The notes beneath the pieces are model-generated. The model saw nothing but the letters and a program-made list of their open reading frames with translations, did no database searches and had not been told where the DNA came from. A stretch of DNA of 32,000 nucleotides. Source: Polynucleobacter sp. TSB-Sco08W16. GTDB taxonomy: Bacteria > Pseudomonadota > Gammaproteobacteria > Burkholderiales > Burkholderiaceae. The stretch spans positions 1,776,710 to 1,808,709 of the forward strand of contig NZ_CP061291.1 in the NCBI RefSeq assembly GCF_018687455.1. The letters run 5' to 3'. The position numbers and the translations under genes are program-made. Position 1 is the first letter of the stretch, and each line of letters opens with the position of its first letter. Below are positions 1-10,540 of this stretch, piece after piece.

Positions 1-2065
1 AAGCAACTACGGCGTCAGCTTGTAGCCACTGCCCCTTGATCAACTTATCTAGTAATGCCTGGGCATCGGCGTATACCTTACGAGCCTCTACACCCACAAC
101 CTCATCATCTAAGATTGCCGGAAATTTACCTGCTAGGTCCCAAGTTTGAAAAAATGGCGTCCAGTCAATGTACTTAGCGATATCGCTTAGAGCAAAGTTC
201 TTAAAGACACGACGTCCGATGAATTTTGGTTTTTCTGGAATATAAGCAGACCAATCAATCATCTCGCGATTCTTGCGTGCTGCCTCCAATGAAATTGTTG
301 GTGCTGCTTTTTTATTCGCATGCTGTTCACGAATGCGAACATAGTCATCGCGCAAGTCTTGAATAAACTTCTTGGCACTCTCGTCAGACAATAGGCTAGA
401 GGCAACCGATACGGAACGTGAAGCATCTGGTACATACACTACAGGACCGTCGTAATGCGGGGCGATCTTGACAGCAGTATGTACACGCGAAGTGGTTGCA
501 CCACCAATCATCAATGGAATTTGACGCTCACGGAAATAATCATCACGCTGCATCTCTTGGGCAACGTACGTCATTTCCTCTAGAGACGGTGTAATTAAGC
601 CAGATAAACCAACGATATCCGCATTCTCTTCCTTAGCGCGCTTCAGGATATCTGCGCAAGGAACCATCACCCCCATATTGGCCACTTCAAAGTTATTACA
701 TTGCAACACTACCGTCACAATATTTTTACCGATATCGTGCACATCGCCCTTAACCGTAGCCATCACAATCTTGCCTTTGGCTTTCGCTTCGCCACCTGCA
801 GCAATATGTTGACGCTTTTCTTCTTCAATATAAGGAATCAAGATGGCAACAGCCTGCTTCATAACACGTGCACTCTTGACCACTTGTGGCAAAAACATTT
901 TGCCGGCACCGAATAAGTCACCAACGACATTCATGCCATCCATCAATGGGCCTTCAATCACTTCGATTGGCCTGCCTCCAGACCCCATAATCTCTGCACG
1001 AAGTTCTTCAGTATCTTCTTCGATGAAAGTTGTAATGCCATGTACTAAAGCATGCGTTAAGCGTTCGCGGACTAGCGCCTCACGCCATGCTAAGTTTTCG
1101 ACTTGCTTTGCACCGCCACCCTTGAATTGATCGGCAATATCTAACAAACGTTCAGTTGGCGTTTTTCCATCTTTTTCTTTAAAGCGATTGAGTACGACAT
1201 CTTCAACGCGCTCACGTAACTCTGAATCCAAATCAGCGTAGACACCTAACTGACCCGCGTTGACAATACCCATATCCATACCAGCTTGAATTGCGTGATA
1301 GAGGAATACTGTATGAATCGCCTCACGTACGCGATCATTGCCGCGGAAGGAGAAGCTTACATTTGAAACACCACCGCTGACTTTGGCGCCAGATAGATTT
1401 TCTTTAATCCAACGGGTGGCATTAATAAAATCAACCGCATAGTTGTCATGCTCCTCAATACCGGTAGCAATAGCAAAGATATTGGGATCGAAAATAATGT
1501 CTTCCGCTGGAAAGCCGATTTCATTGACGAGGATCTCATAACAACGCTGACAGATTTCTGTCTTACGCTTAAAAGTATCTGCCTGGCCAACTTCATCAAA
1601 AGCCATCACAACCGAAGCTGCACCATGGCGACGAATCAAGCGTGCCTGCTTACGAAAAGACTCTTCACCCTCTTTTAGCGAGATCGAATTGACAATTGGC
1701 TTGCCCTGAATACATTTCAGACCCGCCTCAATCACGCTCCACTTAGAGGAGTCGATCATGATGGGAACGCGGGCGATATCAGGCTCTGATGCAATCAGAT
1801 TTAGGAAGCGCGTCATTGCCGCCTCAGAATCCAACATCGCTTCATCCATATTGATGTCGATAACTTGTGCGCCGTTTTCAACCTGCTGTCTGGCAACTGC
1901 AAGTGCCTCATCAAATTGATTATTCAAAATCATCCGAGAGAATGCTTTGGAGCCGGTTACGTTGGTGCGCTCACCAATATTTACAAAACCAACAGCCGAA
2001 GTGACATTGAATGGTTCCAAGCCAGAGAGCTTCATTGGTGGCATTGCTTTACCTAACTTACTCAT
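1..2065 (-). CDS. metH: Cobalamin-dependent methionine synthase, large polypeptide of a split MetH (pterin-binding and B12-binding modules). The 3' end runs off the left window edge.
   Basis: Not in the ORF track because there is no stop in the window. My translation from the ATG at 2065 gives [78 protein letters not shown]... Around 730-770 it reads [13 protein letters not shown], the DxHxxG cobalamin-ligand motif. There is an ATGA stop/start overlap with the upstream ORF at 2062-2065. Confidence 0.9.
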   Translation of the reverse strand, partial: MSKLGKAMPPMKLSGLEPFNVTSAVGFVNIGERTNVTGSKAFSRMILNNQFDEALAVARQQVENGAQVIDINMDEAMLDSEAAMTRFLNLIASEPDIARVPIMIDSSKWSVIEAGLKCIQGKPIVNSISLKEGEESFRKQARLIRRHGAASVVMAFDEVGQADTFKRKTEICQRCYEILVNEIGFPAEDIIFDPNIFAIATGIEEHDNYAVDFINATRWIKENLSGAKVSGGVSNVSFSFRGNDRVREAIHTVFLYHAIQAGMDMGIVNAGQLGVYADLDSELRERVEDVVLNRFKEKDGKTPTERLLDIADQFKGGGAKQVENLAWREALVRERLTHALVHGITTFIEEDTEELRAEIMGSGGRPIEVIEGPLMDGMNVVGDLFGAGKMFLPQVVKSARVMKQAVAILIPYIEEEKRQHIAAGGEAKAKGKIVMATVKGDVHDIGKNIVTVVLQCNNFEVANMGVMVPCADILKRAKEENADIVGLSGLITPSLEEMTYVAQEMQRDDYFRERQIPLMIGGATTSRVHTAVKIAPHYDGPVVYVPDASRSVSVASSLLSDESAKKFIQDLRDDYVRIREQHANKKAAPTISLEAARKNREMIDWSAYIPEKPKFIGRRVFKNFALSDIAKYIDWTPFFQTWDLAGKFPAILDDEVVGVEARKVYADAQALLDKLIKGQWLQADAVVA

Positions 2066-3126
2066 ACAGACTCCTCTGCATTTTCACGATAGAAAGCGCG
2101 GGGCTTGCGTTTAGCAACTGCGTTTGCAATTGCACGAATATGGTCGGGCGTAGTGCCGCAGCAACCACCAACTAAGTTGACCAAGCCATCTTTTGCAAAA
2201 CCATCAACCAAACTTGAAGTGATATCTGGTGTCTCATCAAAACCAGTGTCACTCATGGGATTAGGCAAGCCTGCATTGGGATAACAAGATACCGCTGTAT
2301 CGCAAATGCGTGAGAGTTCGGCAATGTAGGGGCGCATCAATGCAGCGCCAAGCGCACAATTCAAACCAAAAGTGAGCGGCTTAATATGACGTAAGCTATT
2401 CCAAAATGCCTCTACCGTTTGGCCAGACAGAATGCGACCGGAGGCATCAGTTACCGTTCCAGAAATCATTACAGGCAAGCGTTCGCCCGTCTCTTCAAAA
2501 AATTCATCGAGGGCAAACAAAGCTGCTTTTGCATTCAGCGTATCGAAAATAGTTTCGACTAAAAATAAATCCACGCCACCTGCAAATAAACCTTCGATCT
2601 GCTCACGATAGGAGGCGCGTAGTGCATCAAACGTTACGTTGCGTGCACCCGGATCATTTACGTCCGGTGAAATGCTTGCCGTCTTTGGTGTAGGCCCGAT
2701 TGCCCCGGCTGCAAAACGCGGTTTATCAGGAGTGCTGTATTTTTCACAAGCAGCGCGCGCCAGTCTTGCGGAGACTTCATTCATCTCGCGTGCTAGACCT
2801 GCCATTTTGTAATCCTCTTGAGCTACAGATGTAGCACCAAAAGTATTTGTTTCAATAATGTCTGCGCCAGCATCTAAATATTGCTCATGAATGGTGCTAA
2901 TAATTTGTGGCTGAGTCAAAACCAAAAGCTCGTTATTGCCTTTGATATCTCCGGGATGATCAGCAAAGCGATTGTTACCAGGCAAACCACGGTAATCAGC
3001 CTCACCAAGCTTGTACTGCTGAATCATGGTTCCCATCGCGCCATCCAATATGAGAATGCGCTGCTTTAACAGATCAGGAATTGCCTGACCGCGGGTGTAA
3101 GGCTGGGACAAACCATTAAATTGCAT
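2062..3126 (-). CDS. metH: Homocysteine S-methyltransferase module of split methionine synthase (MetH N-terminal domain as a separate 354-aa protein)
   Basis: The 354-aa ORF has [13 protein letters not shown] near the N-terminus and [11 protein letters not shown] near the C-terminus, both typical of the Hcy-binding domain. It is translationally coupled to the downstream module. Confidence 0.9.
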   Translation of the reverse strand: MQFNGLSQPYTRGQAIPDLLKQRILILDGAMGTMIQQYKLGEADYRGLPGNNRFADHPGDIKGNNELLVLTQPQIISTIHEQYLDAGADIIETNTFGATSVAQEDYKMAGLAREMNEVSARLARAACEKYSTPDKPRFAAGAIGPTPKTASISPDVNDPGARNVTFDALRASYREQIEGLFAGGVDLFLVETIFDTLNAKAALFALDEFFEETGERLPVMISGTVTDASGRILSGQTVEAFWNSLRHIKPLTFGLNCALGAALMRPYIAELSRICDTAVSCYPNAGLPNPMSDTGFDETPDITSSLVDGFAKDGLVNLVGGCCGTTPDHIRAIANAVAKRKPRAFYRENAEESV

Positions 3127-3200
3127 TGCTTAACCGGGATTAATCTCTAGAATCCCTTATTCTATTGGAAAAGCGACTTTTTATTTACCTCGGAGCCCTT

Positions 3201-3656
3201 ATGTTTGGAACCATTCCAGAATTTAATCAAAGCCTAGAAATGTTTAAAACCATGTGGGGTCAAGGTGCAGCGGGTCAAGCTGGGCAATTCCCCTTCACAA
3301 CTGATGCCTCAAAGGCTGCTGGCGGCTTTGGCTCAGCGTTTCCAGGCATGGATACTGAAGAGCTTGAGAAACGCATTAAGGACCTGAAAAGCGTGGAGAA
3401 CTGGCTTAATTTGAATCTCAACATTCTCAAATCGACCATTCAGGGCCTAGAGGTCCAACACGCTACGATGATGGCCCTCAAGTCGTTTGGTGATGCCGTA
3501 TCCGCAGCCGGTGCCGCTGCTGCCGCTCCTAAAGAGGAAACAGCTGCCAAAACTAGTAGCGTCAAAGCTAAACCACGGAAAACCGCAACACGCCGTCCTC
3601 GCAAAGCCGGCGATCCAACTTTCCTCGACGAAGTAGGTAATTCAGATGGGCAATAG
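3201..3656 (+). CDS. PhaM-like PHA-granule/nucleoid-associated protein (family assignment tentative) with an Ala/Lys/Arg/Pro-rich C-terminal region
   Basis: The track ORF starts at TTG 3165, but ATG 3201 (MFGTIPEFNQSLEMFKTMWGQ...) is preceded by GGAG 7 nt upstream. It has a central coiled-coil-like segment and a basic tail (KAKPRKTATRRPRKAG). The PhaM resemblance is from memory only. Confidence 0.55.
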   Translation: MFGTIPEFNQSLEMFKTMWGQGAAGQAGQFPFTTDASKAAGGFGSAFPGMDTEELEKRIKDLKSVENWLNLNLNILKSTIQGLEVQHATMMALKSFGDAVSAAGAAAAAPKEETAAKTSSVKAKPRKTATRRPRKAGDPTFLDEVGNSDGQ

Positions 3657-4653
3657 CCTCACCCATCGCAAATGTGAGTTGATGAATATCTAACTCGCGT
3701 TTAAATAAAACCGGCACTATCTCACGAGCAGTTGCCGGTTTTTTACATGCGCCTAGGGCTTCGGCCAAACGCTCATCATGATGGGCATTAAGTTGCGCAA
3801 TCCTAGGCTTCATTCCAGTAAACGGCTTGCCATGAGAGGGCAGCACTAAAGTATCGTCAGGCAAGGGTAGATACTTTTCCAGTGATTGCAGATACAAACC
3901 TAAGGGATCAGCATCGGGGTCAGCATCATAAACACTGACGTTTGTGGAGATGCGCGGTAACAACATGTCACCAGAAATTAAAACGCCCAGCTCTTTACAA
4001 AAAAGCGATGCGTGCTCAGGAGCGTGCCCATAGCCCATGATGACCTGCCAAGAATGGCCCCCAATCAAAATCGATTCGCCTTCAATAATCCGACGATATT
4101 GACGCGGCACCCCTGGCACCATATTGCTGTAGTAGTTAGAGCGCGCCCGAATTTTTTCTAAATCCTCGGGAGTAGTTAAACCATGTTTCTGAAAGTGATC
4201 TGCTGAACCACCTCCTCCAGCACGCGCACCTATCTGAGCGCCACCCTCTTTGTGACTCAACCATTGCGCTGTTAAATAGTCTGTCATAGAAATCCATAGC
4301 GGTACATTCCACTTTTCACATAGCCACTGAGATAAACCAATGTGGTCTGGATGCATGTGCGTCACCAAAACTCGAAGCACTGGCAAGCCATCTAATTGGC
4401 TTTTGAAGATCAGCTCCCATGCGGCCTTTGTCTCATCATTCGCAATCCCACAATCCACAATGGTCCAGCCGGCAACGCCGTCAATTTCATCGCGCAAGAG
4501 CCATAGATTGATATGGTCCAAAGCAAAAGGAAGGCGCATTCTCAGCCAACGCACTCCTGGTGCCACCTCAATGCTTTCGCCTATCTGCGGTAGATTCTCA
4601 CCTAAGGGATAATGAATAGCACTCTCTGCGGGGATTTGTTTTTGGGTGCTCAT
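3568..4653 (-). CDS. MBL-fold metallo-hydrolase
   Basis: The 361-aa ORF carries the THMHPDHIG (HxHxDH) zinc motif. Confidence 0.85.
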   Translation of the reverse strand: MSTQKQIPAESAIHYPLGENLPQIGESIEVAPGVRWLRMRLPFALDHINLWLLRDEIDGVAGWTIVDCGIANDETKAAWELIFKSQLDGLPVLRVLVTHMHPDHIGLSQWLCEKWNVPLWISMTDYLTAQWLSHKEGGAQIGARAGGGGSADHFQKHGLTTPEDLEKIRARSNYYSNMVPGVPRQYRRIIEGESILIGGHSWQVIMGYGHAPEHASLFCKELGVLISGDMLLPRISTNVSVYDADPDADPLGLYLQSLEKYLPLPDDTLVLPSHGKPFTGMKPRIAQLNAHHDERLAEALGACKKPATAREIVPVLFKRELDIHQLTFAMGEAIAHLNYLLRRGKLDRRLCEDGVLRFSVV

Positions 4654-4691
4654 GATGTATTTATCGCTCTTCTATTTGATCTAGGCTTGCT

Positions 4692-4868
4692 TTGACAACA
4701 GTTCCATCACCTTGCATTAATTGGTGCGACATTAATCCTGAAAATGGTTTTTGTCGAGGCTGCTATCGCACACTAACTGAAATTGCAGATTGGTCGGAAC
4801 TAAGCAACCCTGAGAAGCTTAAGATTTGGTCTCAACTAAAAACGCGCAAACCTCAAGCACCCCAATAA
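4692..4868 (+). CDS. Small DUF1289-type cysteine-rich protein (58 aa, TTG start)
   Basis: Below the ORF-track size cutoff. My translation is MTTVPSPCINWCDINPENGFCRGCYRTLTEIADWSELSNPEKLKIWSQLKTRKPQAPQ*. The SPCxxxC...CxGCxRTxxEIxxW pattern is the DUF1289 signature. An in-frame TGA at 4677-4679 leaves TTG 4692 as the only plausible start. Confidence 0.7.
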   Translation: MTTVPSPCINWCDINPENGFCRGCYRTLTEIADWSELSNPEKLKIWSQLKTRKPQAPQ

Positions 4869-4893
4869 CTCAATCAAATCATTTCTCGGTTCT

Positions 4894-5877
4894 TTATTTA
4901 TTAACATCCACAATCAAACGACCACGCACATTACCGGCCATGAGCTCTTGCGCATATTTCAAAGACTCTTCCAAAGTAATTTCGTGAGAGATCTCGTCTA
5001 ACGTTTTACGATCAACTAATTTACTCAACTGCTCATAAGCGGCGATGCGTTTTTCACGTGGGACAGTGACACTATTGACACCATACAACGTAACGCCACG
5101 CAAAATGAACGGCGCGACGCTTGATGGAAAATCCATGCCTTGCGCAAGACCGCAAGCAGCGACGGCACCATTACTTTTGGTCTGAGCGCAGGCATTCGCT
5201 AGAGTGTGACTACCAACACTATCCAAAACTGCGGCCCAACGCTCTTTTGCAAGCGGCTTACCTGGCGCAGATAAAGTGGCGCGGTCAATGACCTCAGCAG
5301 CACCTAATTTCTTCAAATAATCAGCTTCAGCCATGCGGCCTGTACTGGCAACCACGGTAAAGCCCAGCTTGCTCAACAAAGTAATTGCGAAGCTGCCAAC
5401 GCCACCAGCAGCGCCGGTCACTAAAACCTCGCCATCACTTGGCTTTAGGCCATGTTTTTGCAAAGCCATGACACACAGCATGGCTGTATAGCCAGCAGTA
5501 CCAATCGCTAGAGCTTGCTTAGCGGTAAAGCCTGCTGGTAAAGGAATCAGCCATTCAGCCTTTACTCGAGCCTGCTGAGCCAATCCACCCCAATGCCCCT
5601 CGCCCACACCCCAGCCGTTCAAAAGAACCATATCGCCGGCTTTAAAATCAGAACTGGCACTTTCAATGACCTCGCCTGCAAAATCGATACCCGGGACCAT
5701 TGGGAAACTCCGCACCACAGGGCCTTTGCCCGTGATCGCAAGACCATCCTTGTAATTGAGGGTTGAATACAGCACTTTGACCCTCACATCGCCCTCTGGC
5801 AGGCTTGCCTCATCAGCTTGCCCTAACTCAGCACGATAGCCCTGATCATCCTTATTGATCAATATTGCCTTAAACAT
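4894..5877 (-). CDS. acuI: Acrylyl-CoA reductase / YhdH-family NADPH-dependent MDR oxidoreductase
   Basis: The 327-aa ORF contains LPEGDVRVKVLYSTLNYKDGLAITGKGPVVRSFPMVPGIDFAGEV, which closely parallels the E. coli YhdH N-terminus. It has a GAAGGVG nucleotide-binding motif. Confidence 0.85.
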   Translation of the reverse strand: MFKAILINKDDQGYRAELGQADEASLPEGDVRVKVLYSTLNYKDGLAITGKGPVVRSFPMVPGIDFAGEVIESASSDFKAGDMVLLNGWGVGEGHWGGLAQQARVKAEWLIPLPAGFTAKQALAIGTAGYTAMLCVMALQKHGLKPSDGEVLVTGAAGGVGSFAITLLSKLGFTVVASTGRMAEADYLKKLGAAEVIDRATLSAPGKPLAKERWAAVLDSVGSHTLANACAQTKSNGAVAACGLAQGMDFPSSVAPFILRGVTLYGVNSVTVPREKRIAAYEQLSKLVDRKTLDEISHEITLEESLKYAQELMAGNVRGRLIVDVNK

Positions 5878-5970
5878 ATCTCTATCTCTTTCTCTCGGTG
5901 GAGGTATTTTCCCCGCAACAATTGCTTAATAGGTTTATCCTAGCGAGCATTGTCGATTATGGAGGTTTCC

Positions 5971-6267
5971 ATGAAAAAAATTCTACTATTAACTACAGTT
6001 TCTGGCTTGATGCTCTCTGGATGCTATTCCACTCAAATCAACATGTCTATGGGCAATATGCGCCTCATTAGCTCTAGCGCTAACCCGCAAGACGTGATGG
6101 ATTTTGCAACCAAGACCTGTAAAAACGATTTCTATGAAGGTGCTAGCTTTTTATCCAAAGCCGGCAAGGAATATCGCTTTAAGTGCGTAAAAGCGGAAGA
6201 AAACGAAGTATTGATTCCAATTCCGGGAACTACGATCACTCCAGAAGTGAAAACAGAAGCAAAGTAA
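5971..6267 (+). CDS. Small lipoprotein, function unknown
   Basis: ATG 5971 is preceded by GGAGG. MKKILLLTTVSGLMLSGC carries a lipobox (LSGC). The track ORF starts earlier, at TTG 5950. Confidence 0.7.
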   Translation: MKKILLLTTVSGLMLSGCYSTQINMSMGNMRLISSSANPQDVMDFATKTCKNDFYEGASFLSKAGKEYRFKCVKAEENEVLIPIPGTTITPEVKTEAK

Positions 6268-6276
6268 GCACAGTTG

Positions 6277-6777
6277 ATGACCCCATTTACTTCGCAAGAA
6301 TTACGCAAAGGCTTTGCATCTTTTGCAACAGGGGTCACAGTCATCACCTGTATGGATGAGGATCAAAATCCTCACGGCATCACTATTAGCTCTTTCAATA
6401 CAGTTTCTCTTGAGCCGCCACTGATTTTATGGAGCCTTAAGAAGCATTCTCGCCTCATGCCATGGGTCGAGGTAGGCAAAACACACCTCATCCATGTTTT
6501 AGAGCGCTCTCAAGAAGATTTAGCGATGCACTTTGCCACCGTCAAGCAAGATCAGTTTATGGGAATAGAACATAAACTAGCCGCTAGTGGCTTAACCCAA
6601 ATTGATCACTGCGTCGCTTATTACGAATGTGAAACAGTATCCGTTCACACTGGCGGGGACCACAACATCATTGTTGCCAAAGTGATCAACCTCAAAAATC
6701 ATCCAGAAAAAGAGCCCCTTATTTTTGCTCGTAGTAAATTTGTTGGCCTCGATTTCACGGAAATTCAATCAAACTAG
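6277..6777 (+). CDS. Flavin reductase family protein (FMN-binding split barrel)
   Basis: The FASFATGVTVIT motif and the approximately 165-aa size fit the family. The ATG at 6277 lies immediately after the TTG at 6274 used by the track. Confidence 0.8.
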   Translation: MTPFTSQELRKGFASFATGVTVITCMDEDQNPHGITISSFNTVSLEPPLILWSLKKHSRLMPWVEVGKTHLIHVLERSQEDLAMHFATVKQDQFMGIEHKLAASGLTQIDHCVAYYECETVSVHTGGDHNIIVAKVINLKNHPEKEPLIFARSKFVGLDFTEIQSN

Positions 6778-6805
6778 TACCGATTAATACAAGCAAGGAA
6801 ATGCC

Positions 6806-7471
6806 ATGATGCGTTTATGGGGTCGCAAAAGTTCCATTAATGTTCAAAAAGTATTGTGGTGTCTTGCTGAGCTGGGACTTAAAGAAGGGGTTGATTTTGA
6901 GCGAATTGATGCAGGACTTCAATTTGGCGTTGTTCGGTCACCAGAATTCTTAAAACTCAATCCCAACGGTTTAGTTCCCACCCTGGAAGATGGTGATCTG
7001 ATTCTGTGGGAATCCAATACCATCATGCGCTACCTGGTCTCACAGCATGATCAAAATAAGCGTTTTCCATCTGATATTGCCTCTCAATATGGCTCAGAAA
7101 AATGGATGGATTGGCAAGTTGGAACAATGTGGCCGGTGCTACGCCCCGCATTCATAGGGCTAACTAGAACACCCGCAGCAGACCGTAATCATGTTGTCAT
7201 TCAAAAAGCCTATCAAGATACCAATGAGTTATTTTCTTTACTTGATCAAACACTAGCTTCACAAGCCTATTGCTCTGGCAATCAATTTCACATTGGAGAT
7301 ATTGTGCTGGCCTTATGCGTGCACCGCTGGATATTACTGAATGAGATCTTCCCCAAAGAGACGGGGATCAGAGCAGATCTTAAAAATATCAATCGCTGGC
7401 TAAAGCAACTTGCAGCTGAAACACGCTTTCAAGAGTTTGCTGAGAAAGAACTCAACATTATCAGCAAGTGA
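6806..7471 (+). CDS. Glutathione S-transferase family protein
   Basis: The 221-aa ORF has a thioredoxin-like N-terminal domain motif, NPNGLVPTLEDGDLILWESNTIMRYL. AAGGAA lies upstream of the ATG. Confidence 0.85.
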   Translation: MMRLWGRKSSINVQKVLWCLAELGLKEGVDFERIDAGLQFGVVRSPEFLKLNPNGLVPTLEDGDLILWESNTIMRYLVSQHDQNKRFPSDIASQYGSEKWMDWQVGTMWPVLRPAFIGLTRTPAADRNHVVIQKAYQDTNELFSLLDQTLASQAYCSGNQFHIGDIVLALCVHRWILLNEIFPKETGIRADLKNINRWLKQLAAETRFQEFAEKELNIISK

Positions 7472-7497
7472 TATTAAGTTCACCCCTAAAGCAGTAT

Positions 7498-10400
7498 TTA
7501 CTCTTGCTTAAATTTCTTCTGATGGTGATCTGCGCCCATGAAGAGGTACATCGCAGGCACCACAAATAAAGTAAACAGAGTACCAATTGATAGGCCGGTA
7601 AAGATCACAATACCCATCGATTGACGACCTGCGGCACCGGCTCCTGAAGCAATCACCAAAGGCAGAACACCTAGGACCATTGCAGCAGTTGTCATCAAGA
7701 TCGGCCTTAAACGTTCACTCGCAGCTTCAATAATCGCATCAAGCTTACTACGCCCACCTTTTTGCAATACGTTAGCGAACTCCACAATCAAAATACCGTG
7801 CTTACTAATTAAACCCATCAGCGTCACTAGCCCAACCTGCGTATAGACATTCAAGGTTGTAAAGCCCAGATTAATAAAGATAAGAGCTCCAAAGAGAGCC
7901 ATTGGGACGGATACCAAAATCACAATCGGATCGCGGAAACTTTCAAACTGTGCAGCTAGCACCAAGAAAACAATCAAAATTGCGAAGAACATGGTGACCA
8001 AAAAGCCGCCAGATTCAGCCATAAACTGACGAGATGGACCTGCATAGTCCATAGAGTATCCATTGGGCGCAACCTCTTTTAAGGTCTGGCGCATATATTC
8101 CAATAAATCTGCCTGAGAGATAAATGGTGTACTCACCCCAGAAATCGTTGCTGAATTTAACTGCTGAAAGTGATTGATTGATTGCGGTACAACCTTTTGC
8201 TTAATACTCGCGATGGTTCTTGCCTGAATCATCGCGCCACTAGGGGTGCGAATGTAGTAATCCAAAATTTGATCTGGATTCAAGCGGTCCACTTGTTTTA
8301 CTTGTGGAATGACTTTGTACGAACGGCCAGCAACCGAGAAGTAATTAACATATCCACCGCCCAAGGCTGCAGATAGCGCTGAACCCACTTGTTGCTGAGT
8401 CATTCCTAAGGCAGCCACTTTTTCACGATCAATCACCAAAACATCTTGGGGCTTATCAATCTTCAAATCAGAATCTACGAAGAAAAAGTTGCCGCTACGG
8501 CGTGCTTTATCCAAAACAGCTTGAGATACTTCATTTAGCTGTTCATAAGACTCCGTTGTATTAATGACAACTTGAACCGGCAAGCCCTGGGCACCAGGTA
8601 ATGCGGGGAATTGGAATGCTGCCACGCGAGCTCCAGCAATCGTATTCCACTTTTGCTGCATATCTTCTTGGAATTTGGTTGCGTTACGACTACGTGAACT
8701 CCAGTCTTTTAACAAAATACCGCCAAAGCTAGAGGTTGGACTCGTAATCTGAAATGCTTGCTCGTACTCAGGTTCAGCCGCAGCAATTGCATAAATTTGA
8801 TCTGCATACGTCTGCATTTGATTTACTGTGCTATTGGGCGGCCCGGATGCCTGCATTAAAACGATACCTTGATCTTCTGTAGGGGCGAGTTCTGCGCGAG
8901 CTGTGGCATATAAATAAGCAACGCCGCCTAAAAGAATGGCCCCCATCACCATGATTACCTGCCAAGTACTCAATAGATCCCGTAAGGTAGTTTGATAACT
9001 GTGATGCACCTTGTCAAAAATTCGGTCAATCTTTTGCACAAAGGGAGATGCCTCTTGCTCTTCGGTAAAAATCCTTGAGCACATCATTGGTGAAAGTGTT
9101 AATGCAATTAATCCTGATACTGCGACTGCGCTAGCCAAAGTAAACGCAAACTCGGTGAATAGCGCACCAGTTAAACCACCCTGAAAACCAATTGGGATAT
9201 ACACCGCAATCAATACTACGGTCATTGCCAAAATCGGGCTACCTAATTCACGCGCGGCAATTAAAGAAGCCTCAAGCGGGGATTTGCCTTCCTTCATGTG
9301 CCTGTCAACGTTCTCTACAACGATGATGGCGTCATCGACCACTAGGCCGATAGCCAATACGAGAGCTAGTAGCGTTAGCAAATTAATGGAATAACCGAGT
9401 ACCTGCATCAAGAAGAAGGTGCCAATTAGGGATAGCGGCATTGCAATAACTGGAACAGCCACTGCACGCACGCTTCCTAAGAAAAGATAGATCACGACTG
9501 TCACAATGACCAAAGCTTCAAGTAGAGTTGAAACCACCTCGTCAATAGAGCTGGTAATAAATTCAGTGGAGTCGTAAACAATTTTCCCATTCATACCAAT
9601 AGGTAGTTGTTTTTGAATGTCCGGCACAACGTCTCTAACACGCTGTGCAACATCTAATAAATTTGCCTGAGGTGCAACTTTGATACCAATAAATACCGAC
9701 TGTTTTCCACTAAACGCCACATTAGTGTTGTAGTCCTCAGAGCCCAAAGAGACGCTTGCTACTTGATCTAGATAGACGATATTGACGCCATCTTTTTTCA
9801 CAACTAATTTACGGAATTCATCAAGTGTATGGAGATCGGTACCAGCTACCAAGTCAACCGACACCATATCTCCCTTGGTGCTACCTACTGCTGATAAGTA
9901 ATTATTAGCAGACATTGCGCTGTAGACATCATCCGCTCCAACCCCCAAGCCAGCCATCTTTTCACGATCTAGCCATGCGCGTAAGGCAAATTTTCTACCG
10001 CCAATAATTTCAGCGTTCTGCACCCCTTCGACCGAATCCAGTTTTGGCTTTACAACACGTAATAGATAGTCGGTAATGGCGTTATTGGGTAGCTGATCGC
10101 TATAAAAGCCCATATACATAGCCGCAGTTGACTGGCCAACCTGAACCGTGAGCACCGGCTGCTGAGCTTGAGGCGGCAGTTGATTTTTTACTGCGCTAAT
10201 CTGGGTCTGGATCTGGGTCAATGCCGCATTGGAGTCGTAATTCAACTTCAAAGTGGCAATAATGGTGGAAACACCACTGACACTAGTCGATGACAAGTAG
10301 TCAATCCCTTGCGCCTGCGCTATAGAAGCTTCTAGGGGTTGTGTAATAAAGCCGGCGATGGTTTCTGGATCTGCGCCATAGTAAGCCGTACTGATAGTAA

Positions 10401-10533
10401 CAATTGCATTTTGCGTTTGAGGGTATTGATTGACTGGTAAAGAACCAATCGCTTTCAAGCCAAATACCAATACGAGTGCACTCACGACCAGTGATAGCAC
10501 TGGTCTGCGAATGAATATGTCGGTCCAATTCAT
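7498..10533 (-). CDS. RND multidrug efflux permease (HAE1/AcrB-MdtB type)
   Basis: The 1011-aa ORF starts MNWTDIFIRRPVLS. It has the duplicated 12-TM architecture and conserved VVDDAIVVVENV-like and FESFRDP segments. Confidence 0.95.
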   Translation of the reverse strand: MNWTDIFIRRPVLSLVVSALVLVFGLKAIGSLPVNQYPQTQNAIVTISTAYYGADPETIAGFITQPLEASIAQAQGIDYLSSTSVSGVSTIIATLKLNYDSNAALTQIQTQISAVKNQLPPQAQQPVLTVQVGQSTAAMYMGFYSDQLPNNAITDYLLRVVKPKLDSVEGVQNAEIIGGRKFALRAWLDREKMAGLGVGADDVYSAMSANNYLSAVGSTKGDMVSVDLVAGTDLHTLDEFRKLVVKKDGVNIVYLDQVASVSLGSEDYNTNVAFSGKQSVFIGIKVAPQANLLDVAQRVRDVVPDIQKQLPIGMNGKIVYDSTEFITSSIDEVVSTLLEALVIVTVVIYLFLGSVRAVAVPVIAMPLSLIGTFFLMQVLGYSINLLTLLALVLAIGLVVDDAIIVVENVDRHMKEGKSPLEASLIAARELGSPILAMTVVLIAVYIPIGFQGGLTGALFTEFAFTLASAVAVSGLIALTLSPMMCSRIFTEEQEASPFVQKIDRIFDKVHHSYQTTLRDLLSTWQVIMVMGAILLGGVAYLYATARAELAPTEDQGIVLMQASGPPNSTVNQMQTYADQIYAIAAAEPEYEQAFQITSPTSSFGGILLKDWSSRSRNATKFQEDMQQKWNTIAGARVAAFQFPALPGAQGLPVQVVINTTESYEQLNEVSQAVLDKARRSGNFFFVDSDLKIDKPQDVLVIDREKVAALGMTQQQVGSALSAALGGGYVNYFSVAGRSYKVIPQVKQVDRLNPDQILDYYIRTPSGAMIQARTIASIKQKVVPQSINHFQQLNSATISGVSTPFISQADLLEYMRQTLKEVAPNGYSMDYAGPSRQFMAESGGFLVTMFFAILIVFLVLAAQFESFRDPIVILVSVPMALFGALIFINLGFTTLNVYTQVGLVTLMGLISKHGILIVEFANVLQKGGRSKLDAIIEAASERLRPILMTTAAMVLGVLPLVIASGAGAAGRQSMGIVIFTGLSIGTLFTLFVVPAMYLFMGADHHQKKFKQE

Positions 10534-10540
10534 CTGCTGC

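Noticed and set aside
3127-3200. Possible cobalamin riboswitch in the metH/phaM-like divergent spacer
   Set aside because: The spacer is only about 75 nt and has no B12-box-like sequence. It is too short for the aptamer.
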